Numbered from the stretch's first letter, positions 26,474 through 39,730 are shown. The stretch: DNA of 64,000 bases from Octopus bimaculoides (GCF_001194135.2 NC_068988.1:94776874-94840873), one strand, 5' to 3'. The notes: generated by a model from the letters alone, not told the origin. Numbers and translations are program-made.

Positions 26474-26989
26474 ACACGCACACACATACACACAAACAAA
26501 CAACACTCCACTAACATCAAGGGGATTAGAAACTCTATTCCTAGTCGTCACAGCCTTCCCTCAACCCGAACCCACGTCCCACAGAACATCAATTCTTCCT
26601 AATTGCCTTCATACCTTTTTCGTCTCTTTTTCTTTGGGATATTTTGTTTTTGAGAGGTTTTAATTTTATGCTTGTTTTTTTGTTTTAATTTCCCAGTTTT
26701 TTTTATTTATTTATCTATATTTTTTGTACTTTCTGCCTTGTCTTAGATTTTATAAGCTACTACGAATTTTTTTGTTTTCTTTGTTCCTGGTGTTGTTATT
26801 GTTGTTGTTGTTAGTTGCAGGAGTTGTTGTTGTTGATCTGGCTAAATGCATTTATTTTTTGGGCCCCATCCCCTTCCTCCATATTCCTCTCAAGTTCTAC
26901 GTTATTCCAGGTCTTCTTCTAAACTTACTACTTCTACTACCACAACTGCAGCTCCTACTGCTACAAGTACTGCTACTACAAATAATAAA

Positions 26990-27316
26990 CCTTTCTTTTA
27001 TAGGCACAAGGCCTGAAATACTAGGGAGGGGCATAATAGATTACATCAACCCAAGTACTTATTTTTATCGACTCAGAAAGGATGAAAGGCAAAGTGTACC
27101 TCAGCGGTATTTGTACTCAGAATGTAGTCCGGTACTCTAGCGACTCTCCCAGATCGCCGCCTTAAAACTACGAACTACGAACAACGACAATAAGAATAAT
27201 AATCCTTTCTATTATAGGCACAAGTCTTAAATTTGTGGGGAAAGTGTAAGTTGATTACATAGACCCCAGTGTGTGACTGGTACGTAATCTATCGACCCCG
27301 AAAGAATGGAAGGCTG
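26990..27316 (-). mobile_element. Two tandem partial SINE family A copies (~26990-27160 and ~27200-27316)
   Basis: Each starts with the 'ctttctattataggcacaag' tail and the 'gattacat..acccc..actt..tatcgac..gaaag' body. The second copy stops where the R4 fragment begins. Confidence 0.75.
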
Positions 27317-27648
27317 GTAAAGAAAAGAAAGCATGATCAATTTCATAAGGATGTTGAAGATAAGAGACATAGAAAAGAAACATGGCTGTGGATAACTAGG
27401 AGTGATTTAAAACCGGAAACGGAGGATCTAATCTGTGCTGCTCAAGAGCAAGCACTAAGAACAAACTACATAAATACAGATTTGACAACACATCAGAAAG
27501 TGATAAGTGCAGAATCTGTGGACAAAACGGTGAAACCGTATGGCATATTACCAGCCAATGTACGCCACTAGCCCAGAAGGAATATAAGAGACACCACGAC
27601 AATATAGCCAGGCTTGTCCATTGGACACTCTGCAACAAGTATGGACTT
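27315..27648 (+). mobile_element. R4/Dong-like non-LTR fragment, post-RT zinc-knuckle region
   Basis: KRKHDQFHKDVEDK..KETWLWITRSDLKPETEDLICAAQEQALRTNYI, then a 1-nt frameshift, then KYRFDNTSESDKCRICGQNGETVWHITSQCTPLAQKEYKRHHDNIARLVHWTLCNKYGL. The CX2CX8HX4C motif is at 27508-27561. Confidence 0.9.
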
Positions 27649-27679
27649 TTGGATCGGTCAAAAGATTTTGGTAGGTTTC

Positions 27680-28440
27680 GTTTTACAACACGCGAAAGCA
27701 GAGGAGGTTGAAATGCTGCCCTCGCAAATCTTCGAGCAATCCTCAAGAAAGAACCCCTGATAAGGACTAGAGCTTGGAGCCATAGGAGATGACAGAAGAG
27801 AGAAGAAAAGACAACTGCCTTCCTGACTTACCACAGCTGATTCATGAAGCGGTTTCTCGATGAAAACAGAACCCGACAATTGTTTTATTCCAAGGATAGC
27901 CTTTATGAACATCTCCCAAGTGATAGTCAGACCAGTCACCGGACTTGTGCAATGAACTTATAAAATCACCAAAACCACCAGTGAAATCCAGTTGAGAGAA
28001 ATGAAAGATGTAAGAAAGGTAATCTCGAGTTCGGTACCAGGTCCATGTAGAATCTTATGGAAAGTCTACGAGAACTGTCCAAAGCTACAAACAACCCCAT
28101 CGGCATTGGAAGGCCCTGACGATAGTTTGGAGGAGGGGTGGTCCTTATGGAAATATGCTAAAGGGACATGCACATCCAAAGAGAAGAAGGCTGAGAATAG
28201 CGACCGATTTCGCATCAAGCTTTTCTTAAGAGAAAAGAGACTCTCTGACTTCCTGCTGCACAATAGTTCCTTCGACGCGTCGGTACAGGTGGGAGACACA
28301 GCAGAAGCCCCTAGTCACCTCGAACACAGAAGCATGTAGTTCCAGGTCATCATGGAGGAATGACAACGAAAGGAGAGGATCTAGCTGTGCTCGGGCTAAA
28401 CCGAGTCAACGACAGTGGTTCAATGCCAGACAGGCTGCGA
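27680..28440 (+). mobile_element. HERO-like non-LTR fragment, pre-RT and RT N-terminal region, decayed
   Basis: LANLRAILKK...AWSHRR*QKREEKTTAF; SSSVPGPCRILWKVYENCPKL; WKYAKGTCTSKEKK; RLSDFLLHNSSFDASVQVG..APSHLEH; KGEDLAVLGLNRVNDSGSMP. These follow HERO RT motifs (PGPSG..YKVYKNCP.L, W..AEG..IPKEE, FLL.N.YID.SVQKGG..GCLEH, DL.VLWLDL.NAYGSIP). Confidence 0.8.
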
Positions 28441-28730
28441 GGAAGAGAGGGGAAGAAACACAGGAAGGTATATGTATATGAGTCTTTGCATATATATCTT
28501 GTATATAGATATATATATATATATTTGTAAATATATATACATACGCACACGTATATGATATAAACACATAAATACGTACATACATACATGCAAACATATA
28601 TGTATATAATTAGTACATCCTTAAAGTACGTACTTATACATATATAAACGTATGTGTATACACGTGTGTGTGTGCGCGCACGCGCGTGCGTTTGTATCTA
28701 TGTGTGCGTGCATGTGTGCGTGCGTGTATA

Positions 28731-28770
<40 letters not shown>

Positions 28771-29218
28771 GGTGTGTGTGTGTAACTTGGTATTTCGCCG
28801 TCAGTGGTGCCGAGGACTTGGAAAGGTAAATACAGAATAAAAAGATGTACGTTTTTGTTTCTTTCCCTGATCACGTGTGAAACTACAGCAGCAGTAGCAG
28901 CAGTAGTAGTAGTTGTAGTAGTCGTTGTTGTCGTTGTTGTTGCTGTTGTTGTCCCCCCCCCCGCCCCTTACTGCTTTTAACTGCAATTCAAGGACGTCTC
29001 GCCAGCGAAGTATTTCTACCTGTGAACTCCCCCAGATGTCTATCTTGAAACGGTCCTTAATCAAAGAGTGAAAAGAGAGATGAATCTTAAATGTCAGAGC
29101 TGTTGGGTTTTTCAAAGCCAACTCCTAAAGCTGCATTCACATCATGAGCTTGATGAAGCTGATGAAGATATAACAAGCTTTTCAACTCTTTCAATTCTGT
29201 TTGCTCTTATAATTTCAG

Positions 29219-29320
29219 ACAATGTATTCAAAACTCTCCGCTTCTTCAGCTTACACAGCACCGCTGACAGACAAGCACTCTCCAACGCATTCTACTATTA
29301 TAATGCAATTAAACGTTCCG
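29219..29320 (+). CDS. Candidate internal exon, 102 nt; product unknown
   Basis: Strong acceptor ttctgtttgctcttataatttcag and donor CCG|gtatgt. Two frames are open: (D)NVFKTLRFFSLHSTADRQALSNAFYYYNAIKRS (phase 1) and TMYSKLSASSAYTAPLTDKHSPTHSTIIMQLNVP (phase 0). Confidence 0.4.
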
Positions 29321-29525
29321 GTATGTATATAAAACAGTCGCTCTTATAAACACAATTTCTTTTCTTTTCTTCTCCTTTTCTCACACTTAATGTTGCTCCC
29401 TCTTTTCTATCTCACATGGACTGTGCTACAAAATGAATTAGCTTGCTTCTTATCGTTCCTTTCTTTCTTTCTTTGTCTTCACTTCATTATCTCCCTTTCT
29501 CCTCTAGCATGTAGAAAGTTCTCTC

Positions 29526-29568
<43 letters not shown>

Positions 29569-29965
29569 NNNNNNNNNNNNNNNNNNNNNNNNNNNNNNNN
29601 NNNNNNNNNNNNNNNNNNNNNNNNNNNNNNNNNNNNNNNNNNNNNNNNNNNNNNNNNNNNNNNNNNNNNNNNNNNNNNNNNNNNNNNNNNNNNNNNNNNN
29701 NNNNNNNNNNNNNNNNNNNNNNNNNNNNNNNNNNNNNNNNNNNNNNNNNNNNNNNNNNNNNNNNNNNNNNNNNNNNNNNNNNNNNNNNNNNNNNNNNNNN
29801 NNNNNNNNNNNNNNNNNNNNNNNNNNNNNNNNNNNNNNNNNNNNNNNNNNNNNNNNNNNNNNNNNNNNNNNNNNNNNNNNNNNNNNNNNNNNNNNNNNNN
29901 NNNNNNNNNNNNNNNNNNNNNNNNNNNNNNNNNNNNNNNNNNNNNNNNNNNNNNNNNNNNNNNNN

Positions 29966-30042
<77 letters not shown>

Positions 30043-30044
30043 GA

Positions 30045-30112
30045 CGACAGGCTTCTTTCAGTTTCAGGAGCATGTGGTTGTGAAGGAAGCTTCTTACCAC
30101 ACAGCCACGTCT
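30045..30112 (-). mobile_element. Internally deleted SINE family B remnant
   Basis: 'gacgacaggcttctttcagtttc' is joined directly to 'catgtggttgtgaaggaagcttcttaccacacagccac'. Confidence 0.65.
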
Positions 30113-30399
30113 GCTCCTATGATTACTAAAAAGAATAAATTTTGTCCTGGTTACCTAATAGAGTGCTTCACGTGTAATAAAGTAATCTGAGTTTTTTGCA
30201 TTCAATTTAGCAATGTGGATGCCTTTCAATGAACGGATGAGGGTCCCACCTCAAAGCAACAGGCAAGAGAGAGACTCGAATAAAATCAGTTGATATAAAT
30301 TTTAAATAGCGTAAACAAAACAAAACAGTTGTGAATGGTTTTGATCTAGTCGAGATTTGTGTCCACGATCTGGGATTGAACCGCTGAACTCAACGCGTT

Positions 30400-30560
30400 T
30401 TTGTCATTCTCTCTGTTTTTTCCTTGTATTCCTTTCTGTTGAAGAGCATAGGCTCGAAACATAAAAGACTTTTTCATTTTTTCGCAAGTGTGAAACTAAT
30501 ACACTTGTTTGTTGCTCATACACCTGTCTTCGTCTTTTGTTTTTCTATAAATTTTTATGA
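30400..30560 (+). mobile_element. Second copy of the Penelope-like pseudo-LTR-type repeat
   Basis: Colinear with 19960-20130 ('ttcctttctgt.gaagagc.taggctcgaaa..taaaag', 'aaactaat.ca.ttgtt', 'gtcttcgtcttttgttt'). Confidence 0.55.
30431..30468 (+). ncRNA. Minimal type I hammerhead ribozyme motif (variant core), probably inactive
   Basis: CCUUU-CUGUUGA-A-GAGC(AUAG)GCUC-GAAAC-AUA^AAAGA. Stems I and II are intact, and stem III carries a G>A change. Confidence 0.6.
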
Positions 30561-31343
30561 AAAAAAAATATAGTTATATGAAATCCTTCACTAAAATAAA
30601 TCAATGGCTCTTTGTATGTGTATGTGTGTGTAATTTGTATGTGTAATTTGTATGTGTATGTGTGTGTAATTGTACGTGTGTGAAGAGTCATGTTGCGGCT
30701 GGTTATATGCGAGTGAGTTTTTGCGAACGTTTATTTGTCCTTGTGAAAAAAGAATGACTGAATGATTAAAAAGTTCGCTTCGCAATCACAAATTACCAGG
30801 TTCGAATCCATTACGTGGCGTCTCGCTATTTATCGTAGTCACGGATTGATTCAAGTCTTATAAGTGAAATTGTGCAAAAAGAAACTATACGGAAGCCCAC
30901 TGGTTGTATTGAGCTTGTAATTCTAAAATGCAATCTTGCTTCTGCTCGAGAACGCACCTTCACTATTGTGGAAGAGCGTTCAGAGAACGATGAGAGGAGA
31001 GAGAGAGAGAAGTCACTGGAGTGCAAAGGGCCACATGAACTCAATAAGAACCGATTTGTCCGATAATTTAGTTGGTTGATCAAGACCAGGATAGAGGTAA
31101 GTTGTTGGTGTGTATGTGTGTGTGGGGATATTTTTGTTGTTTAACCCTAGGTCAGGTCTAAACGAGCAGATCTTCGTAAAATGTTCTGTTAATCTTAGTC
31201 AATCCTTTTCAGTTTCAAAGATTAAACTATGCGCTTGTTTATTGTAACATAAACAAAGAGTATTTTAATGGAGATTTGGACGTCATTGCTAGCAAGCAGC
31301 GGTGTTAGAGTACATTGTCTTGAGGCTTTTGCAGCAGCAGCAT

Positions 31344-31407
<64 letters not shown>

Positions 31408-32693
31408 TGTTGTTGAACATGATGATGGAGTTGGTGGAGGTGGAGGTGGTGGTGGTGTTGGTGGCGGTGATGAAGACGTTTATAGTAGAAGTGCTAGTAG
31501 TGCTGCTGTTGTTGCTGCTGTTGTTGTTGTTGTTTAGCTCCATCAGTTAAACTCTGATCGAGCAGGACTAGCTCGAAGACGTTCCAACCAGGATGATTAG
31601 TGATGGCCGCGGTGATGGTGGGGCGGCCGTTGTGGCGACGTTCGTAACGATGGTGAGGGTAGAGGTGGTGGTAATGGTGGTGGTGGTTGTGGTTGTGTTT
31701 GTGGTGGCGATGGTGGTGGTGGTGGTGGTGGTGATGATGATGGTGGGGTGGTAGTGTTGGTTGTGGTGGTGGTGATGGTGGTTGTAGTGGTGATGGTGGT
31801 GGTGGTGGTGGTGGTTGTAGTATTGGTGGAGGTGATAGTGGTGGTGGGGGTANNNNNNNNNNNNNNNNNNNNNNNNNNNNNNNNNNNNNNNNNNNNNNNN
31901 NNNNNNNNNNNNNNNNNNNNNNNNNNNNNNNNNNNNNNNNNNNNNNNNNNNNNNNNNNNNNNNNGGTGGTTGTGGTTGTGTTTGTGGTGGCGATGGTGGT
32001 GGTGGTGGTGGTGGTGATGATGATGGTGGGGTGGTAGTGTTGGTTGTGGTGGTGGTGATGGTGGTTGTAGTGGTGATGGTGGTGGTGGTGGTGGTGGTTG
32101 TATTAGTGGTTGTAGTAGTGGTGGTGGTGGTGGTGACAGGGGTGGTGGTGGTGGTGGTGGTGGTTGTAGTATTGGTGGAGGTGATAGTGGTGGTGGGGGT
32201 AGTGTATTTATCAACGCAATATAAGGTGATCAGTCACTGTGAGAACAGCTGCAAGTTTGGTCGGTGAAATTCTAACAACAGAAAGAAAGAGAGAGAGAGA
32301 GAGAGTGAGAGAGAGAGAGAGAGAGTGANNNNNNNNNNAGAGAGAGAGAGAGAGAGAGAGTGAGAGAGAGAGAGGGGTTGAGTGAGAGAGAAAGAGAGAG
32401 AGGTGGAGTGACATGCAGCCGTTACACATGTCCACAGCTATGACAGCCGTAACAAAAGAGAAGGACAAGAAACGCAGAAGTAACAAAACCGACAACAATG
32501 ACATCGTCAACAGCAGCGCAGCCCACCCCAATACCCGAAACATCGGTTACATCAACAGCAGCTACATCATCACCATCACTATCAGCATTATCCCCATCAC
32601 CATCGTGGTGGTGGTGGTGGTGGTGGTGGTGGTTGAGGTCGTCATCATTACCATCATCATCATCCTGATCATCATCATCATCATCACCATCAA

Positions 32694-32725
<32 letters not shown>

Positions 32726-33680
32726 CCACCATCACCATCATCATCATTAACAACAACTTCATCAGTATTATTAGCCGAAGCAGTGACCGTAACAATAACA
32801 ATCAGTAAGACCGTAACCACCACCANNNNNNNNNNNNNNNNNNNNNNNNNNNNNNNNNNNNNNNNNNNNNNNNNNNNNNNNNNNNNNNNNNNNNNNNNNN
32901 NNNNNNNNNNNNNNNNNNNNNNNNNNNNNNNNNNNNNNNNNNNNNNNNNNNNNNNNNNNNNNNNNNNNNNNNNNNNNNNNNNNNNNNNNNNNNNNNNNNN
33001 NNNNNNNNNNNNNNNNNNNNNNNNNNNNNNNNNNNNNNNNNNNNNNNNNNNNNNNNNNNNNNNNNNNNNNNNNNNNNNNNNNNNNNNNNNNNNNNNNNNN
33101 NNNNNNNNNNNNNNNNNNNNNNNNNNNNNNNNNNNNNNNNNNNNNNNNNNNNNNNNNNNNNNNNNNNNNNNNNNNNNNNNNNNNNNNNNNNNNNNNNNNN
33201 NNNNNNNNNNNNNNNNNNNNNNNNNNNNNNNNNNNNNNNNNNNNNNNNNNNNNNNNNNNNNNNNNNNNNNNNNNNNNNNNNNNNNNNNNNNNNNNNNNNN
33301 NNNNNNNNNNNNNNNNNNNNNNNNNNNNNNNNNNNNNNNNNNNNNNACCCCTCCTACCCCTCCTCCCCCTCCTCCTCCTCGTCATCGTCATCATCATCAT
33401 CGTCATCATCATCGTCATCATCATCGTCATCATCATCATCATCATCAGTGCTATGTTTTACTGTCTGAATTACACCACTGCTTTTCTTTACATTAAGACG
33501 CTCTACAATTGAGAAGGATCTTCAAATTCAGAAGCCTTGTGCTGCAGCTTCTTGACTATGAACCACGGGCCCTTCTCGTTTTGGTCATCTGTGAATTGCC
33601 ACACTTTTCCAATCTACACAAGTAAAGCCACAAACGCGTCTCTGACATAGGAGCGAGAGAACGAGTGTTATGTTCATCGC

Positions 33681-33747
<67 letters not shown>

Positions 33748-33814
33748 GTATTAACGATGTACATCAAAGGACGCTGGCTGGATCATAGGATCGTTAGTTC
33801 GTTGGATAAAAATG

Positions 33815-33980
33815 ATTTGCTGTATTTGTTCAAGGTTCTTCGCATTTTTTGTTCAAATTCTATCGAAATCAACTTTGCCTTAATCATCCCGGGGTCGATG
33901 AAATAAAGCACGGGTGAAGTATTGGAGTCAATTTAATCAATCAACACCCCTCTAGGCACTTTACCTATGTTAGAACAAAT
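33815..33980 (+). mobile_element. Degenerate SINE family A
   Basis: 'gttcaaattctatcgaaatcaactttgccttaatcatcccggggtcgatgaaataag'. Confidence 0.6.
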
Positions 33981-34348
33981 TAACGGTGTATATCTGTGAT
34001 ACACCTGTACTTTTAATCAAGCGTTGGTCTGTAAAAACACACGAGGAACATTTTATAAGCAACCAAGTATAAGTTTAGTTTAGTGTTGTAGTTTGTAAAG
34101 CATTAGGACAGGGGAACTGTGCACTGACAATCGGAAGTTTAATATAGACCGCTGGACTGGTGTTGCATTGGAATCATGCATCCTTCCATGGTCGCTTAAC
34201 TTCTGATGCAGTCGTCGTGTCACCGTTGTGAAATATGGCGTCTCTTGGGCATTTTCAGCCTGGCTCTAAATATAGTTTTCCACAGTTGACCGTAGCCGAT
34301 TACATCCGACGAGAAACTGAGACAGACACACAGACGCAGACAGAGACA

Positions 34349-34408
<60 letters not shown>

Positions 34409-34546
34409 AAATGTGACAATTATTCGGTTGCCATAATAGGACTCCGAGTTTCGGATGTCGGGGTGGGGAGACTACTCCGGCATCTCGTTAAATTTCTTTA
34501 TTTACATAATATCGAGGTCTCATTCATTCTTCTGTTGTCTTGCCAT

Positions 34547-34600
<54 letters not shown>

Positions 34601-34649
34601 AGGGAGATAGATAGATAGAGAGATAGAGAGATAGAGAGAGAGAGAGATA

Positions 34650-34684
<35 letters not shown>

Positions 34685-34859
34685 GTAAAATACACCTACA
34701 CACGTTTGCCTGGTGAGGCTTCAGTTATACCCATTTCCCTTTTAGACGCAGCCACTTTCACGTGTGAGTAATTCTAAAATATGTTTAGACGATATTACGT
34801 TTGTATTCCATTCCACTAAGGCACCTTTCTTGTCCATCGCGTTATGTTATTCATCTAAA

Positions 34860-35260
34860 CTACAAAATGCTTCTTTTTTTTCAGTCTGGTCGTGAAGCAT
34901 TAACACAATCTATGCAATCTGTTTCGTCTCCACATGATTTATCGTCAAACGTTAGTCTCTGTTTGTTTCTTCGTCTTACAAAGATATCCTTGTCCAAATA
35001 CAAACCTGATGTCCCTTGTCTTAGAGGTAGGGTTGGTGTGGTAACGAAAACGATGATAAGCTGTTTATTTTTATCCTTGAATTGTTTGCACACAACTTGA
35101 CACAGATAATTTCATCAAGATGATGCACATGAAGCGAGTCAGATCACATTATCTCCGGACTGACCGTCACAGCTCGCTGACACTTGAGCTGCGAGAGATG
35201 GCGTAGTCTCCTGACTTCTGATCACCTAATTAGCTTCACTCTAAATCTTAAGATTTTTTT
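34860..35260 (+). mobile_element. Decayed mariner (Tc1/mariner) transposase remnant, catalytic half
   Basis: EALTQSMQS (cf. ETK.QSMQW), FHQDDAH (cf. FHQDNAPAH), and *SPDF*SPN* (cf. YSPDLAPSDY) appear in the expected order with many stops. Confidence 0.45.
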
Positions 35261-35569
35261 CTTCACCACCAAACACAACAGCGCATACGATTGCACAATT
35301 TCACGCCTGCCAAAAATCAATCTGTGTTTCCGCTACAACAACAAAGTGACGCTCCGGTTACCGGCTTTTATTTAGTGCGCATGCCTTGGAATAAATTACA
35401 GAATAATAAACAAATATATAGAGATAAAAAATATAGAAATGGAAACTATAAGAAAAATTTCGGCGAAGTACAATAGAAAAAAATAAACTAGACAATAGGT
35501 GTGTGCATGACAATTCTGTGTCATTTGTTCTGTAATTGCTATTGTTAGTGATAACCTTTCTCTACAGAC

Positions 35570-35612
<43 letters not shown>

Positions 35613-38600
35613 ACTATTATTATTATTATTAAAGAAATTTTTCTTGTTGTTGTTCTTGTTGTTGTTGTTCTTCTTGCTGTTGTTGTAATTGTTGTTCAGG
35701 GTACTGTTATTCCTGATGTGGTTCACATAGTAACAGGCTGTTAGTGGTCTGTAAGACGACTCTTCCATTACATCCCATAATTTCAACCAATTTTACTTCG
35801 CAAACCGCTATTCTATTGTTTCTCTTAGATTTACAGCCGTCTGTTTATGCTCATCCTTTTTGTTATACATATATGCATATATACGTTTATACATACATAC
35901 ATTCATATATATATATATATATATANNNNNNNNNNNNNNNNNNNNNNNNNNNNNNNNNNNNNNNNNNNNNNNNNNNNNNNNNNNNNNNNNNNNNNNNNNN
36001 NNNNNNNNNNNNNNNNNNNNNNNNNNNNNNNNNNNNNNNNNNNNNNNNNNNNNNNNNNNNNNNNNNNNNNNNNNNNNNNNNNNNNNNNNNNNNNNNNNNN
36101 NNNNNNNNNNNNNNNNNNNNNNNNNNNNNNNNNNNNNNNNNNNNNNNNNNNNNNNNNNNNNNNNNNNNNNNNNNNNNNNNNNNNNNNNNNNNNNNNNNNN
36201 NNNNNNNNNNNNNNNNNNNNNNNNNNNNNNNNNNNNNNNNNNNNNNNNNNNNNNNNNNNNNNNNNNNNNNNNNNNNNNNNNNNNNNNNNNNNNNNNNNNN
36301 NNNNNNNNNNNNNNNNNNNNNNNNNNNNNNNNNNNNNNNNNNNNNNNNNNNNNNNNNNNNNNNNNNNNNNNNNNNNNNNNNNNNNNNNNNNNNNNNNNNN
36401 NNNNNNNNNNNNNNNNNNNNNNNNNNNNNNNNNNNNNNNNNNNNNNNNNNNNNNNNNNNNNNNNNNNNNNNNNNNNNNNNNNNNNNNNNNNNNNNNNNNN
36501 NNNNNNNNNNNNNNNNNNNNNNNNNNNNNNNNNNNNNNNNNNNNNNNNNNGTTTCTATATGGCTATCAATGGATACCATTATATTATTGTGCGGAAATGC
36601 ATTATCCCCATTCTTTTACTTTATTCTATTTCACTATCTTCTGTTTTCCTTAAGTTTTTTTTTTTTTTGTTGCTTCATTTTTTTTATTAAGACCGGAGCT
36701 CATATTACCAACAACGACATTCACCAGCTGACCTAAAACATAATAGCAGTTGTTTATTCTTGATAAATACATCGAGAAGCTTTTTACAAGACAACAATAT
36801 AGAGAAAGGACGTGATAATTTAAACAAAACAAGATTCAATTCCAAAACACAACAAATAAACTATATATCAATGTTGGAAACTGTATTTGAAAGCGTTTGA
36901 AATAAATCCTAGCAAAACTTTTACCGACAATATCATGTAATTTATACTTTAAACTTTCGTAGGTTTTCTACGCTTTTTCTTCTTGTAAACTTGATCTTGT
37001 ATTTCTATTTTACAAACTGATGTTTGCCAAAGATGATGCAGAAGGTCAGTACTTTTATATATTTCGCTGTCTGATTTCTTTTCTTTTTTTTTTTTTACTT
37101 TCTTCAGTTTCTTTTATTTTTCTTTCTTGAATAAAGTATAAGAAAGTTAAAATATTTGAAATAAGTCTCAAGCTGAAATAACAAGAAAGCCTTCCCAATC
37201 TGCTTGACGAGGAATTCAACTTTCCAGTTACAGTAAAATCGAAACCCATAATAATATATTTCATTTTGTATTAACATATTTTCTGCCGAGTTTGTCACAG
37301 TCGCGCCAATTATGGTGGGTGAAAAAACGCACAAGCGACCTTAAATAACAAGCAGTCTTTCCCCATTGTTATTTGAAATCTTCTTTTTTTTGTCAATCAA
37401 GATTATCATTATATATAAAAACACATATACGCATACATACATACATACATACATACATACATGCATACATACATACATACATACACACAAACACACACAC
37501 ATATATATATGCACATACACCCATTACATATTTCCCAACTTTTCGTTAACATTGTTTAGAGGTATTTCTATATGAACCAGCTTCCGATGCTAGCTCTAGT
37601 TTCTATAAAGAATCATAAGAGATAACTTACAGCATCGGTAATACAGATGGAATACAGTAGTGACTTATAATATACTCGATAGTGTATTATTGTTGCATAA
37701 AGATTTCCCTATCAGCTATTAACACACACACACACACACACANNNNNNNNNNNNNNNNNNNNNNNNNNNNNNNNNNNNNNNNNNNNNNNNNNNNNNNNNN
37801 NNNNNNNNNNNNNNNNNNNNNNNNNNNNNNNNNNNNNNNNNNNNNNNNNNNNNNNNNNNNNNNNNNNNNNNNNNNNNNNNNNNNNNNNNNNNNNNNNNNN
37901 NNNNNNNNNNNNNNNNNNNNNNNNNNNNNNNNNNNNNNNNNNNNNNNATATATATACATATACATATGAATAAAAAATGGAAATAGAGAACATCACATCT
38001 TTAATTGTCGAATTCACCATACAAAACCGACGTTCGTTTCGGTTGTCTGAATATACTTAGATACAGAAAATACCTTTTAAATTAATATATACGAAAATAT
38101 TTGTTAACTCAACGCTTTCAAAACGATCAAGCGTTAGTTAAATTCAAAATGAACTAAGAAAATATTTCCAGTGCACGAACGCAAAATAAATGATAAGAAG
38201 AAATATAATCTAAGAAATGCAATTTTAGTTTTGAATTCCTGGTGACGTCAGTGAATAACGAAAGAATACAAATAAACATATGAACTCTACGCCACTAATT
38301 AGAAGCATAGAGATTCTACGTCACGAAAATTAGTTATTGAATATACTTAACTTTTTTTAGAAAAATTAAGCTTATATAATAAACGAAAAGCGATTATATT
38401 TAAGAATTGATATATTTGAATGCCCTCCGAAATTTGTGACAACATTTTATTATAAGATTACCATTAAAATTTTATAATATTAATTTAGAAGTAATTATAT
38501 TATACATTTCTTCAAGTCAAACATCACATGTAGAATTGCCAATATTGTACGATGGTGTGTAGCTAATAATAGACCACTTTAAATTATTACTTGTTCCTAT

Positions 38601-39099
38601 CTTTTAAATTAGAAATGCATTTACTAAGATTTATGCAATTACCTTTACATCTATAATTAAACGAATGACAGTGACTATGAAATCTAGATTTCCAAATTCT
38701 TGCAGATGAATCTGTTTAATAATATTTATGATCCCATGTTATCAGCTTACATTGATACACTATATTTTCCCTTAAACACTGCTTTTATAGAGGAGCGTGC
38801 GACACACACTAAAACCAATAGAAACCAATTGTCAGCCATCGATACAGTGATATAAAAAAATCTATTATGCCAACTCAAATTTTGATTTTTCTTCAAAAGA
38901 ATTTAAATAGAAGTGTCAATCAAATATATTATTACATGAGTTTCATGCTTGTCACTTTTTTCCACGTATATCAAGAACGTTACATTTGAAAAGGGTTGAA
39001 GAGAGAAACGATCCCTTGAACATAACTATGCGTTAGAGTGCACAGCACGCATGTTCACACACCCACGTATTCACACACACACACTAACTGTTATATATG

Positions 39100-39730
39100 T
39101 TTGTGTTTCGATGATATCTAGGGCAACAGTATTGCTTTCACCGAACTTCTGTAAAGTGTGAGGTCATTGGTGAGGGACACATACGGTAGGTCTCCGGTAG
39201 ATCTGCTTCTGCGCAAACCGTAAAAGTGATTGCTGAGGGAAGAGATACATTCGAGATTGTAGAGAACGTCAACGTTAATGACTCTCTGATCTGCCAACCT
39301 TCTGACCGCCAATGTCAAGATATATTCCAGCAGAGAATGGAATATTAAAGAGCTGGGTGTTTATAGGGTCAATGGAAGGAAGTTAGTCAGATCCAGTGGT
39401 TTTGTTGATTTGAAGCAAGTCGAGGTATTTCCCCAGTTGAGGATTGGGTACAGTGAAAAGGGATATATTTGATGCTGTTCTTCAGAGTTGGATGCAAAGC
39501 GGGCAGTAAATGTAAAGTGTTTCTCTATAGGAATGCAGCTTACAGAATTATTATTATTGAGAAGAGGAGAAAAATATAATTACATGGTATATTCAGCCAA
39601 CTGTACCATTTCTTTCGTAAAGTACGGTATTTGGAGTGATGGAACAGAAGGTAATGTTTGTAAAGAACTGCGCAATAACAATTATAACAATTCAACCATC
39701 ACCTGAAGCTAAATCACATTCTTTACGCTA
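39100..39730 (-). mobile_element. Decayed AP-endonuclease-type LINE RT fragment (CR1/L2/Jockey-like; clade not assigned)
   Basis: Minus strand: FTARFASNS, INKTTGSD, LSNHFYGLRRSRSTGDL (cf. LSD.QYGFRS.RST.DL) and FGESNTVALDII (cf. GE...VALDISKAFD). Confidence 0.7.

Noticed and set aside
28804-28824. 21-nt micro-exon candidate ending AAG|gtaaat
   Set aside because: The acceptor is weak and lies against a (GT)n tract.
32422-32823. 133-aa minus-strand ORF resembling a signal peptide, acidic/His tract and TM helix
   Set aside because: It is built from (ATC)n and (GGT)n microsatellites next to a gap. The apparent architecture is a compositional artefact.
34235-34320. AATATGGCG (YY1-like) motif with ATG, MASLGHFQPG...
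   Set aside because: There is no good donor, and the frame runs into (GAAA)n.
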